Below, piece by piece: positions 33,695 to 42,380 of a DNA stretch of 64,000 nt (positions are counted from its first letter, which is position 1; every line of letters begins with the position of its first letter). Source of the stretch: an uncultured Chloroflexia bacterium (lineage in GTDB: Bacteria > Chloroflexota > Limnocylindria > Limnocylindrales > CSP1-4); NCBI GenBank assembly GCA_963828165.1, contig CAWHDR010000001.1, positions 608,001-672,000 on the forward strand, read 5' to 3'. The position numbers and the translations under genes are program-made. Below the pieces are notes generated by a model. The model saw only the letters and a list, made by a program, of their open reading frames with translations. It made no database searches and was not told the DNA's origin.

Positions 33695-33837
33695 CGCCCG
33701 GCTCCGGTCGGAGGGGGCGATGATCGTGCGGCCGAGCGGGTCGCGAAGTCGGGTGAGAGCGTCGAATACCACAAGGACTCCGTGCGGGCGAGGTCGGGGC
33801 GCACGGCCGACAAGGGGTGCGCGCTCGATGGGCCAAA

Positions 33838-33863
33838 GACGAGGCGCCCACCCCGGATGTGAC
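33838..33863 (-). promoter_or_regulatory. Putative autoregulatory ECF promoter GTCACA-N16-CGTC
   Basis: Exact 16-nt spacing on the minus strand upstream of the sigma gene. Confidence 0.5.
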
Positions 33864-33890
33864 GCCCGGTGCGCTCAGGCTCGGCGCGCA

Positions 33891-34895
33891 TCAACCCGAT
33901 CCACCTCCCTCCGGACCGCTGCGGCCCAGCAACTCCTCCACGGCGTCCTCCGGCGAGACGGGGTTGACCGGCAATCCGGTTCCCAGCTCCAGGCCGGCGA
34001 TCTCGCGGAGACGGGGGTGGATCTCCCAGTGCCAGTGGTACGTGCCATCGACCTGTTCCCGAAGCGGAGCCGTATGCAGGACGAGGTTGTACGGTGGCCC
34101 ATCGAGCGTGGTCGCCAGCCGTCCAAGCACGTTGCGCAACGCCTCGGCCGTGGCCCGGATATCGGTGCTCGTCGCCCGCGCGAAGTCCGCATCGTGGCGC
34201 CGTGGCACGATCCAGATCTCGAACGACGAGCGCGACGCATACGGGGCGAACGCCACGCTGTCGGCGTCCTCCCAGACGAGTCGATCGGGCCGGCGCGACT
34301 CGTCACGGACCAGACGGCAGAACGGGCATTCCCCCTCGCGGATCACGAAGCGCGCCGCACCGCCCAGCTCCTCGGCGATGCGATGCGGGATCTGGGGAAG
34401 GTCGTACAGGTCGAGGCACAGGTGGTTCGTCCGGGCGCCCGCCTGGGCGCCCCAGTTCTGGACGATCGTGAGGTATTCGGTCTGACCGGTGGCCCGTGAT
34501 TCGGCCAAGGCGTCGCGGCCGCCCGTCACGAGCGCCTCGATGAGCTCCGTGCCCACGGCATGCAGCGGCCGGTGCTCACCAGGTGGCGCGATCACGGTGC
34601 GCCAGCTCCCCGTCGCGCGGGCCTGGGCCAGCGAGACCTGGGCCAGGCCGTGGTCTCGATCGAGCTCGCGTGCCTCGACGTCGGTCCCGATGACGTGAAA
34701 CGCGAAATCCTTGAGCATGCGCGTCCGCACGCCCTCCCCCGCTGGGCTGGAGCAGTTGGCACAGCCGAACATCTGGTCGTCGACTTGCTCGGCTGCGCGG
34801 GCGAATCGATCGCGATGGAACGCGCGATCCACGATCGTGGCGACCCACCAGCCCGTGATCGGGTCCTTGCGCAGCTCGAACAGGCCGCTCGCCAC
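33891..34895 (-). CDS. GalT-fold (HIT superfamily) protein with altered active site
   Basis: ELRKDPITG.W, NWG..AGA, CPFC, PYASR..FE and YHWH.EI.PRL...AG.ELG.G..VNP..PE; the HPH motif reads HLC. Confidence 0.8.
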   Translation of the reverse strand: MASGLFELRKDPITGWWVATIVDRAFHRDRFARAAEQVDDQMFGCANCSSPAGEGVRTRMLKDFAFHVIGTDVEARELDRDHGLAQVSLAQARATGSWRTVIAPPGEHRPLHAVGTELIEALVTGGRDALAESRATGQTEYLTIVQNWGAQAGARTNHLCLDLYDLPQIPHRIAEELGGAARFVIREGECPFCRLVRDESRRPDRLVWEDADSVAFAPYASRSSFEIWIVPRRHDADFARATSTDIRATAEALRNVLGRLATTLDGPPYNLVLHTAPLREQVDGTYHWHWEIHPRLREIAGLELGTGLPVNPVSPEDAVEELLGRSGPEGGGSG

Positions 34896-34900
34896 GCGGC

Positions 34901-35647
34901 CTAGTCCGCCATGTGAAGTGGCGCGCCGATCGCGGCTGCGAAGGCTCGGGCGAAGGTCGCGGCAGCGCCCTCGACCGATGTCGTCGTGGGCGGTCCGGCC
35001 GGGTCGCCACGCTCGCGTGCGATCGATGTCGACGGGACGCCAGGCATGCCGCACGGGTCGATGAGCCCGAAGTCCGCGAGGTCGACGGTCACGTTGAGGG
35101 CGATCCCGTGATAGCTGACTCCACGCTCGACGCGCAGGCCCAGCGCCCCGATCTTGCGTGGCACCGGCCCGTCCGGGTCGCACCAGCAGCCGGGATGTCC
35201 GTCGCGCCGCCCGGCGGCCACGCCATCGGCTGCGCAGGTCGCAATGAGCGCCGCCTCCAGCGCGCGGACGAGCGGGCGCACCAGCAGGCCGCGCTCGGGC
35301 AGCCGGATGATCGGATAGGCCACGAGCTGGCCAGGGCCGTGGTACGTGACCTCTCCGCCGCGCTCGGTTCGGGCCACCGTGATGCCGCGAGCGGCCAATT
35401 CCTCGTCGCTCGCGAGGATGTGGGCTGGGTCGGAGTGCCGGCCCAGGGTCAGGACGGGCGGATGCTCCAGGAGCAGGAGCTGGTCCCCGATCGCACCGGC
35501 CACGCGCTCGTCGACGAGCCGCTTCTGCATGGCATGCCCGTCCGCGTACCCCACCCGACCGAGCCACCGAGCACGCAGCGGCGCCACCTCACCGGATGGT
35601 TCCCCGGCGGGCGCTTCCGACCGGGGATCGATCAGTGCGGCCTCCAC
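34901..35647 (-). CDS. lipB: Octanoyltransferase
   Basis: EHPPVLTLG, RGGEVTYHGPGQLV, KIGALG, HGIALN and PCG motifs. Confidence 0.93.
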   Translation of the reverse strand: MEAALIDPRSEAPAGEPSGEVAPLRARWLGRVGYADGHAMQKRLVDERVAGAIGDQLLLLEHPPVLTLGRHSDPAHILASDEELAARGITVARTERGGEVTYHGPGQLVAYPIIRLPERGLLVRPLVRALEAALIATCAADGVAAGRRDGHPGCWCDPDGPVPRKIGALGLRVERGVSYHGIALNVTVDLADFGLIDPCGMPGVPSTSIARERGDPAGPPTTTSVEGAAATFARAFAAAIGAPLHMAD

Positions 35648-35718
35648 CAGGCCACGATAGCAGGGGGCCGCCCGAAGGCCGTCGACGGGGGCTTGGCCTC
35701 GAGCGCACGCATAGCCCT

Positions 35719-35728
35719 TTAGTACTAA
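35719..35728. promoter_or_regulatory. AT-rich perfect palindrome, possible transcription-factor site
   Basis: TTAGTACTAA in a divergent AT-rich intergenic region of a GC-rich genome. Confidence 0.4.
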
Positions 35729-35823
35729 TCCAAAGTGACCCACCGGCCGTAGGCACGAATGCTTCGGGCGGGGTACATTTCAGGTGCATTACAACCACCT
35801 TTTCTCAGGTAGGCACTCGACTG

Positions 35824-36039
35824 ATGACGCCCATCCGCATCCGACCGCGCTCGTCCATCGCCGACCCGGAGCTGGCGCGCGCGGCCGTGGTCGACCTCCC
35901 AGCCGCCCCCGCTCGCCGTAGCCTCCACACTCCCCTCGCACTGGCCCAGGCCGTCGCCTCGCTCCGCCGCTCCGGCGACGTCGAGCCCGAGCGGGTGATC
36001 GTGCTCACCCTCGTCCCGGTGGCCGCGCGCCAGCGCTGA
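35824..36039 (+). CDS. Small hypothetical protein (71 aa)
   Basis: AGGTAGG upstream, GC3-rich codons, followed by a strong hairpin. Confidence 0.55.
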   Translation: MTPIRIRPRSSIADPELARAAVVDLPAAPARRSLHTPLALAQAVASLRRSGDVEPERVIVLTLVPVAARQR

Positions 36040-36082
36040 ACCAGCAAGATCAACTGGGGGACCGCGCCGGGGGGACGCGATG

Positions 36083-36125
36083 AAGCCCCTCGCCGTTTGG
36101 TTTCTGTCCCCGCGGCGAGGGGCTT
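36083..36125 (+). terminator. 13-bp hairpin, terminator-like
   Basis: AAGCCCCTCGCCG-N17-CGGCGAGGGGCTT downstream of the small ORF; weak U tail. Confidence 0.5.
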
Positions 36126-36590
36126 ACCTACCAGATGAGGACTGTCTTCCCGGTGAGGAAGGGCACTCGGTCGACCCACCTGATCTGCCGGCACACGATG
36201 CCGGAGTCGTCCGGCGGTCCGTGAGGATGAAATCACTGTAACCCCTCGGCGGCTGTTGTCCGTGCCGCTTCGAGGGCATGCGTCAGGGCACTGGTCCGTG
36301 CGTGGAAGGGCCCCGAGGGTGCCGGGGATTGGCGTCCTCGGGGCAAGACGAGACGGCCCAGCCCGAGGGTCAGGCCGCTCGTTGGCGATCGAAGGCGAGG
36401 ATCATTCCAGGCGACTGTGGCGGTCCCAGATGTCGCCACAGCCGGGAGAGGAGGAGGAGATCACATTCGCCTTCGCTCGTCGCCTCTCACGGTACGCTCG
36501 CGCGAACGGCGCAACGAGGATGGAAACTCGCGTCTGATCGGCGCTCGCCTTGCCCGCGTGCGACCCGTTACGACCGGGGGTACGCCTAGA

Positions 36591-39500
36591 ATGCGGGGCA
36601 TCGTGGGGACGCAACCGGCGCCCGGATCGCAGCTAGTCGTCATCGGCGCCTCCGCAGGCGGCATCGAGGCGCTCTCCCGCGTCGTTGCCAGCCTCCCCCG
36701 GGACCTTCCGGCTCCGGTCGTCATCGCCCAGCACCTGGACCCGCGCCGACCGAGCCACCTTGGCGAGATCCTGTCCCGCCACGCGACATTACCCATCAAG
36801 GTCGTCGAAGGCACCGCCGCGCTCGAAGACGGCGTCATCTTCGTCGTCCCGTCTAACCGGCTGGTCGAGATCGTCGAGGGCGAACTGCGTCTGCGAGCGG
36901 CCACGCGAGGGAGCGTCGCACCGTCCGTGGACCTCCTGCTAGAGTCGGCCGCGGCCGCGTTCGGGTCCGGCCTCGTCGCGGTCATCCTCACTGGGTCCGG
37001 CAGTGACGGCGCGGCCGGTGCCTGGCATGTCAAGCAGGCCGGGGGCGCCGTGGTCGTCGAGAACCCGGCGACCGCGCTGTTCCCGTCGATGCCCCGTTCG
37101 ATCTCGCCATCGCTCGTTGACGAAACCGCCGACCTCGACTCGATCGCGAAAGTCGTCAGCGGCCTGCTGGACGCCGGGGGAGCCGCCCCGAAGGGTCCCG
37201 ACGGCCGAGACGTCGCGTCCTTGCTCGACCGCATCCGGGAGCGGAGCGGCATCGATTTCAGCACGTACAAGACGGCGACGATCCTCCGACGGCTCCGCGG
37301 CCGGATGGGCGCGACGAAGGTGGCGTCGCTGGCCGCCTACGCCGAGCTGGTCGAGCACGACCCCGAGGAGTACGCGAGGCTCGTCAGCAGCCTGCTCATC
37401 AAGGTGACCGAATTCTTCCGTGATCCGAAAGTGTTCCAGTACCTCCGTGACGACACCTTGCCTGCGCTCATCGACGAGGCTCTGGCCGACGGCCGTCAGC
37501 TTCGCGTCTGGTCGGCCGGCTGCTCGACCGGCGAGGAGGCGTATTCCCTCGCGATCACGCTGGCCGAGGCGCTGGGCACTGAGCGTGCCGCCTTCGACGT
37601 GCGCGTCTTCGCGACCGACATCGACAGCTCGGCGATCGCCTTCGCCCGCCGCGGCGTCTATCCGGCTTCGGCGTTGCAGAAGGTGCCAGCCGCCATCCGC
37701 GAGCGCTATTTCGCGAAGACCGATGGCGGCTACGAGGTGGCCAAGTCGCTCCGAAGCCTGATGACGTTCGGTGAGCACGACCTCGGGGCGCGAGCGCCGT
37801 TCCCCCGGATCGACCTGATCCTGTGCCGCAACGTCCTCATCTACTTCACCGTGCCGATGCAGCGCGCCGCTCTCGAGACCTTCGGGTTCTCACTGCGTGA
37901 CGGGGGTCGGCTGGTGCTGGGGCCGTCCGAGACCGTGGCGGCGATGCCCGGAATTTACGAGGAGGATCACGGTCGGCTGCGGGTCTACCGGCGCGTCCAG
38001 GGCGGACCGCCTCTGCCGCTCGCTCGGTCCTTGCCTACCCGGCCGCCCCAGGAGCATGCGCGGCAGCTCGAGGCTGCCATCCGATCGACCCGCCGGGACG
38101 TCCAGGCCGCGGCCGACTCGAGCGATGCTGCCGAGAAACTGCTGCTCGACCTGGGCCTCGGCGTGGTCGTCGTGGACGCTCGCTACTACATCACCCGGAT
38201 CAACACGGCAGCTCGTCGGATGCTGGGCATCCATGGACTGGCATTCGACCAGGACTTCATCCATCTCGCGGAGTCCCTGCCGTCGACCACGATCCGGACC
38301 GCGATCGATGCGGCGTTCGGCGGAAAGACCACGACAGCCGTCTACGAAGTCGACGCGACGGATGTCTCCGCGAAGGCGTCCCATTTCATCGAGACCGTCA
38401 TCCGCCCCAATGGCGGCAAGGCAGGGCCCGTCGACGGCGCCGTCATCGAGCTCACCAACGTCAGCCGGGCCGAACACGATCGCCGATCGGGGGCCCAGGC
38501 GGAGCGTCGCCTGGATCGGGCGGCGCTCGTCAACCGGCGGCTGCAGGGGGCGAACGAGGAGCTGACCGCACTCGTGGCGGAGCTCAGGAATACGAACCAG
38601 TCGATGCTCCAGGCGAGCGAGGAGGCGCAGTCCGGCCGCGAAGAGGTCGAGACGCTCAACGAGGAATTCCAGGCGACGAACGAGGAGCTCGAGACGCTCA
38701 ACGAGGAGCTGACTGCGAGCGTCGAGGAGCTGCGGATCGCCAACGAGGACCTCGGCGCGCGGACCGAGCAACTCCGCCTGCAATCCGTCGCGCTCGAGGA
38801 ACAGAAGCAGACCCGCGAGGAAGAGCACAGCCGGCTGGAATCGGTCCTCGCGAGCCTCGGCGATGCCGTGGTCGCGGTGGATCATGCCGGCCGTACCGTC
38901 GCCACCAACCCAACCTACGACCGCCTGTTCGGCGGATCTGATGCCAAGATCCGGCCCGAGGATCTCGCCGGGCTTCCGATGCCGAAGGCCGACTGGCCGC
39001 AGCAGCGCGCCGCCCGAGGCGAGCGGTTCCGGATGGAGTTCGCGCTGAGCAACCCCGACGGCTCGCGACGCTGGTTCGAGGCGGTGACCGAGCCGCTCAC
39101 CAGCGAGGACCGGACATGGGGTGGAGTGATCGCCATCCGGGACGTGTCGGAACGCACGATGCGCCTCAGCCTGGAGCGGCTGATGGCCGCAGCGGGCCAC
39201 GAGCTCAAGACGCCCACGGCCGCGCTGCACAATTACCTGCAGCTGGTCGACCGCCATCTGGCCGACGGCGAGGTGGACCAGGCAGCGACCTACGCCACGC
39301 GGGCGCTCACGCAGACCCGACGCCTGGCGGCGCTCATCGAAGGCCTCCTCGACGTCAGCCGGATCCAGAGCGGACAGCTCGAGCTGCATCTCGACGTCGT
39401 CGATCTCACCGCGGTCGTGCGATCGGCGGTCGAGGTCGCCCAGGTCCTGCCCAAGGCTCCACCCATCCGGGTAAAGGCCGCCGACGATGCCGTGACCGTG

Positions 39501-39881
39501 CTCGGGGACGCGGGCCGCCTCGAGCAGGTGTTCCTCAACCTCCTGGCCAACGCCATGGAACACGCGCCGGACTCCAAGACGATCGATGTCACGATCGGCA
39601 GCGCAGACGGGCGGGCCGAGGTCGCGGTCCGCGATCGCGGACCCGGGGTATCAGCCGACGGCATCCGGACGATGTTCGATGCCTACACGCGGCTCGGAGA
39701 TCCCCATCAGACCCCGGGCCTGGGCCTGGGACTCTACGTTGCCCGCGAGATCGTCTCGGCCCACCAGGGCGAGATCGAGGCCAAGTCTCGCGTCGGCAAG
39801 GGCACGGTCATGACCGTTCGGCTGCCGGTGGCAGACCGCCGGAGTCCTCGCGGACGAGCACGGGGTCGGCGCGCCGGCTGA
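36591..39881 (+). CDS. CheB-CheR-PAS-coiled coil-PAS-histidine kinase fusion
   Basis: CheB triad motifs GASAGG, QH and GSDG; CheR motifs WSAGCSTGEEAYS, TDID and CRNVLIYF; kinase boxes HELKTP, NLLANA, DRGPG and GLGLGL. Confidence 0.92.
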   Translation: MRGIVGTQPAPGSQLVVIGASAGGIEALSRVVASLPRDLPAPVVIAQHLDPRRPSHLGEILSRHATLPIKVVEGTAALEDGVIFVVPSNRLVEIVEGELRLRAATRGSVAPSVDLLLESAAAAFGSGLVAVILTGSGSDGAAGAWHVKQAGGAVVVENPATALFPSMPRSISPSLVDETADLDSIAKVVSGLLDAGGAAPKGPDGRDVASLLDRIRERSGIDFSTYKTATILRRLRGRMGATKVASLAAYAELVEHDPEEYARLVSSLLIKVTEFFRDPKVFQYLRDDTLPALIDEALADGRQLRVWSAGCSTGEEAYSLAITLAEALGTERAAFDVRVFATDIDSSAIAFARRGVYPASALQKVPAAIRERYFAKTDGGYEVAKSLRSLMTFGEHDLGARAPFPRIDLILCRNVLIYFTVPMQRAALETFGFSLRDGGRLVLGPSETVAAMPGIYEEDHGRLRVYRRVQGGPPLPLARSLPTRPPQEHARQLEAAIRSTRRDVQAAADSSDAAEKLLLDLGLGVVVVDARYYITRINTAARRMLGIHGLAFDQDFIHLAESLPSTTIRTAIDAAFGGKTTTAVYEVDATDVSAKASHFIETVIRPNGGKAGPVDGAVIELTNVSRAEHDRRSGAQAERRLDRAALVNRRLQGANEELTALVAELRNTNQSMLQASEEAQSGREEVETLNEEFQATNEELETLNEELTASVEELRIANEDLGARTEQLRLQSVALEEQKQTREEEHSRLESVLASLGDAVVAVDHAGRTVATNPTYDRLFGGSDAKIRPEDLAGLPMPKADWPQQRAARGERFRMEFALSNPDGSRRWFEAVTEPLTSEDRTWGGVIAIRDVSERTMRLSLERLMAAAGHELKTPTAALHNYLQLVDRHLADGEVDQAATYATRALTQTRRLAALIEGLLDVSRIQSGQLELHLDVVDLTAVVRSAVEVAQVLPKAPPIRVKAADDAVTVLGDAGRLEQVFLNLLANAMEHAPDSKTIDVTIGSADGRAEVAVRDRGPGVSADGIRTMFDAYTRLGDPHQTPGLGLGLYVAREIVSAHQGEIEAKSRVGKGTVMTVRLPVADRRSPRGRARGRRAG

Positions 39882-40083
39882 CTGGTGGCCACGACCTGCA
39901 ACGAATTCCTCGGGTCCGGTCCGCGGAACAGCCGATGGTCGCAATGCCTACGCGATATCCTCCGGAAGACGGCGAGCAGAGCGCACGCGGGTTGGGTCAC
40001 CCGGCGGGGGTGTCGATGACGAGGATCGACGAGTTGATGGGTGCTCGGCTGGAACACACGTTGACCGTCGCCTGGAGCCTGAG

Positions 40084-40692
40084 GTGATCCGCGTCGCGAT
40101 CGTCGAGGACCACCCCGCCATCGCCGACGGGCTCGCGGCCCTGATCCACGGCTCGCCGGACGTCGCGGTCGTCGGCACAGCCCAGGACGTGCCCTCGGCG
40201 AGCGCCTTGATCGAGCAGGCTTCGCCGGACATCGTCCTGTGCGACCTCCGCCTCGCCGAGGACGGGGACGGCTTCGATCTGATCGGGCGACACCGCCCCG
40301 GACCCGACTTCATCATCCTGAGCGCGTACTGGTACCCGAGCTACCACGTCCGGGCGATCGAGCTGGGTGCGAAGGGCTACCTGTCCAAGATGGCAACCGT
40401 CGACCAGATCCTGAGCGCGGTGAAGACCGTGGCAGAAGGCGGGACGGCGTTTCCGGCGGCAGCGCGCCAGGCCGCCAGCGATGCACTCCGCGTACCGACC
40501 CCACGCGAGCTCGAGATCATCGCGCTCGTGGCCGAGGGGTTGTCGAATGCCGAGATCGCCGCTCGCCTGTCGCTGCGGGTCAAGACGGTCGAGAGCCAGC
40601 TCCGCCGGCTATTCGACCGGTACGACGTCGCGAGCCGGACGGCGCTCGTTCGCCTGGCGAATCGCCAGGGCTGGCACGAAGTGGGCCGCTAG
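40084..40692 (+). CDS. NarL/LuxR-family response regulator
   Basis: VEDH, CDLRL and YLSK receiver motifs; TPRE...GLSNAEIA...TV HTH. Confidence 0.92.
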   Translation: MIRVAIVEDHPAIADGLAALIHGSPDVAVVGTAQDVPSASALIEQASPDIVLCDLRLAEDGDGFDLIGRHRPGPDFIILSAYWYPSYHVRAIELGAKGYLSKMATVDQILSAVKTVAEGGTAFPAAARQAASDALRVPTPRELEIIALVAEGLSNAEIAARLSLRVKTVESQLRRLFDRYDVASRTALVRLANRQGWHEVGR

Positions 40693-40702
40693 GGCGGCGG
40701 GT

Positions 40703-41014
40703 TTACTCGAGGCCGAATTCGGCGGCAAGCTGCTCGTTCGCGAGTTGTTCGATCGTGGGTCGCGGCAGCGACTCGACGAGGTCGTCGAGGCGGGCGATCA
40801 ACGTTTCCATGGCGGCTCGGGTCGCGCTCTCGATCGGCTCCTCGAGCATCCCGCCCGGCGCAGAGCGACCAAGACCGAGGTGACGTGCCGGGTGGATCGC
40901 GTCAACGGCGACTTCCGTCAGCACCGCGGCGACACGCCGGTGCGACTCATCGTCGCGCAGCCGGTCGCGCACCTTGCGTTCGAGAGTCACGCTGGGTCCG
41001 GCGACCATCACCAT
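40703..41014 (-). CDS. Hypothetical helical protein (103 aa)
   Basis: AGGAGG RBS before ATG 41014; amphipathic helices. Confidence 0.55.
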   Translation of the reverse strand: MVMVAGPSVTLERKVRDRLRDDESHRRVAAVLTEVAVDAIHPARHLGLGRSAPGGMLEEPIESATRAAMETLIARLDDLVESLPRPTIEQLANEQLAAEFGLE

Positions 41015-41262
41015 CGTCGTTCCTCCTACGGCCTGCGTCGCGACCACCAGGAGGCCTCGTGCCGGCGTCCCCGGGTCGTCGCCCATTGTCCCAGCGCCGG
41101 CGCCATTCGGCGATGAACGATTGGCCCGTCGCGGACATCCGATGGTCACGACCTGTCACCCGTCCGTCTAGCGTGGCTCGAGGATGACGCTCGGGATGGC
41201 CGCGGCGCGCCCCTTGAGGTAATCTCGTGCACGCACGAACTTAGCGTGGTTCGGCCTCCCGA

Positions 41263-41338
41263 GCGGGAGTAACTCAGCTGGCAGAGTGTCTGCTTCCCAA
41301 GCAGAATGTCGCGGGTTCGAATCCCGTCTCCCGCTCCA
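41263..41338 (+). tRNA. tRNA-Gly(CCC)
   Basis: GCGGGAG/CTCCCGC acceptor stem, TCTGC-TTCCCAA-GCAGA anticodon arm, GGTTCGAATCC T-loop, encoded CCA. Confidence 0.97.
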
Positions 41339-41343
41339 CTTCC

Positions 41344-42177
41344 CTAAGGCGCTGCGCGTGCCGCCGCGTTGATCTCGTGGATCTCGCGGGCGAATTTTGC
41401 CGCTCGGGCCGCCCAGGCGACCGGCCGCTTGTGGTCCTTCGCGACCGGCTGCATCGAGACGTACGTGCCGTCCCAGACCATCGCGAGTGGGGCATATCGC
41501 CACGGTGTGAAGAAGCGGCGCAATTCGCCGGTGCTGAGCTCCGTGTCGGGTGGCATGTCGTAGCCGTTCTTGCTCTGGCGACCGAACAGCGGCCCGACGA
41601 CGCGCACGCTCGTCACCTCGAATGCGTCAGTCAGCAACGGATCGGCAGTGGCCTCGAACCCGGTGAGGATCCAGCCGTGTCCACCGTTGGACACGGTCAG
41701 CGCCGCCGGCAGACCCGTCCTTCGCAGATTCGCCGCCGCCGACCGCAGACCCGCCGAGAACGAGCGGCTGGCGACCAGCCGGTAGCGGTCGTCGACGAAG
41801 TGGCGTAGCCCGGCGGTCCAGCCCTGCGGATCGACGCCAGCTGATTCGGGCAGGTCGTAGCGGTTCCGCTTGCGCATCCAGTCGAAGTAGCGGCGCTGTC
41901 CGCTCGTGGAGTGGTCGTTGTCGCGCTCGACGATGTTGCGGACGATCTGGACGCCGGCAGCGGTGCACCACAGCCAGCTCTTTTGGGTGGTGAAGACGCC
42001 GTCCCGATACAGATCGATGCTGCCGTCCCAGGCCGGCAGTAGGGCCGCGGGCGCGGGCACGGCGGCGCGGCCGGACGAGGGGGCGGCGACCACGGGGGCG
42101 GCGGGCAGGAGGAGCGTGATCGTGAGCGCGAGGATGACCCGGAGTGCCGAACCGGGCCGCCGCGGATGGCCGGTCAT
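41344..42177 (-). CDS. Secreted papain-like (C39-like) hypothetical protein
   Basis: Signal peptide; Q....WCTAA and GHGWILTG, a putative Cys/His dyad. Confidence 0.6.
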   Translation of the reverse strand: MTGHPRRPGSALRVILALTITLLLPAAPVVAAPSSGRAAVPAPAALLPAWDGSIDLYRDGVFTTQKSWLWCTAAGVQIVRNIVERDNDHSTSGQRRYFDWMRKRNRYDLPESAGVDPQGWTAGLRHFVDDRYRLVASRSFSAGLRSAAANLRRTGLPAALTVSNGGHGWILTGFEATADPLLTDAFEVTSVRVVGPLFGRQSKNGYDMPPDTELSTGELRRFFTPWRYAPLAMVWDGTYVSMQPVAKDHKRPVAWAARAAKFAREIHEINAAARAAP

Positions 42178-42380
42178 CGCATCATCCTGCTACGGCCAGC
42201 GGGATCTTGCAGGCGCCAGGAGCGTTCCAACCGGCGAAGGAAGGCCCGTTCGACGGCGTTCTGAACGGCCCGCATCCCCATCCGACGTCCGATCGCTGTC
42301 GTTTGGGCCCTTCGCCGGTCGGTTGGATGCTGGTGGCGCCACGCGGGGCGCTGGCGGCGCCACCGGCTGCCGCGGAGGAC

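Noticed and set aside
33891-35567. 558-aa ORF suggesting an N-terminally extended GalT-like protein
   Set aside because: The extension overlaps lipB in another frame; the plausible start is GTG 34895.
36030-36090. Resemblance to the 5' part of a c-di-AMP (ydaO) riboswitch
   Set aside because: The conserved downstream elements are absent, and the sequence overlaps an ORF stop.
36131-36236. Hammerhead ribozyme-like fragments (CAGATGAG and GTCC-GTGA-GGAT-GAAA)
   Set aside because: The required CUGAUGA does not directly precede the stem II-like hairpin, so the catalytic core cannot be assembled.
36256-36537. 93-aa ORF upstream of the CheB/CheR kinase
   Set aside because: TTG start, no clear RBS and no recognisable motif; it cannot be supported.
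41263-41338. tRNA-anchored genomic island
   Set aside because: No integrase or duplicated tRNA 3' end was seen in the window.
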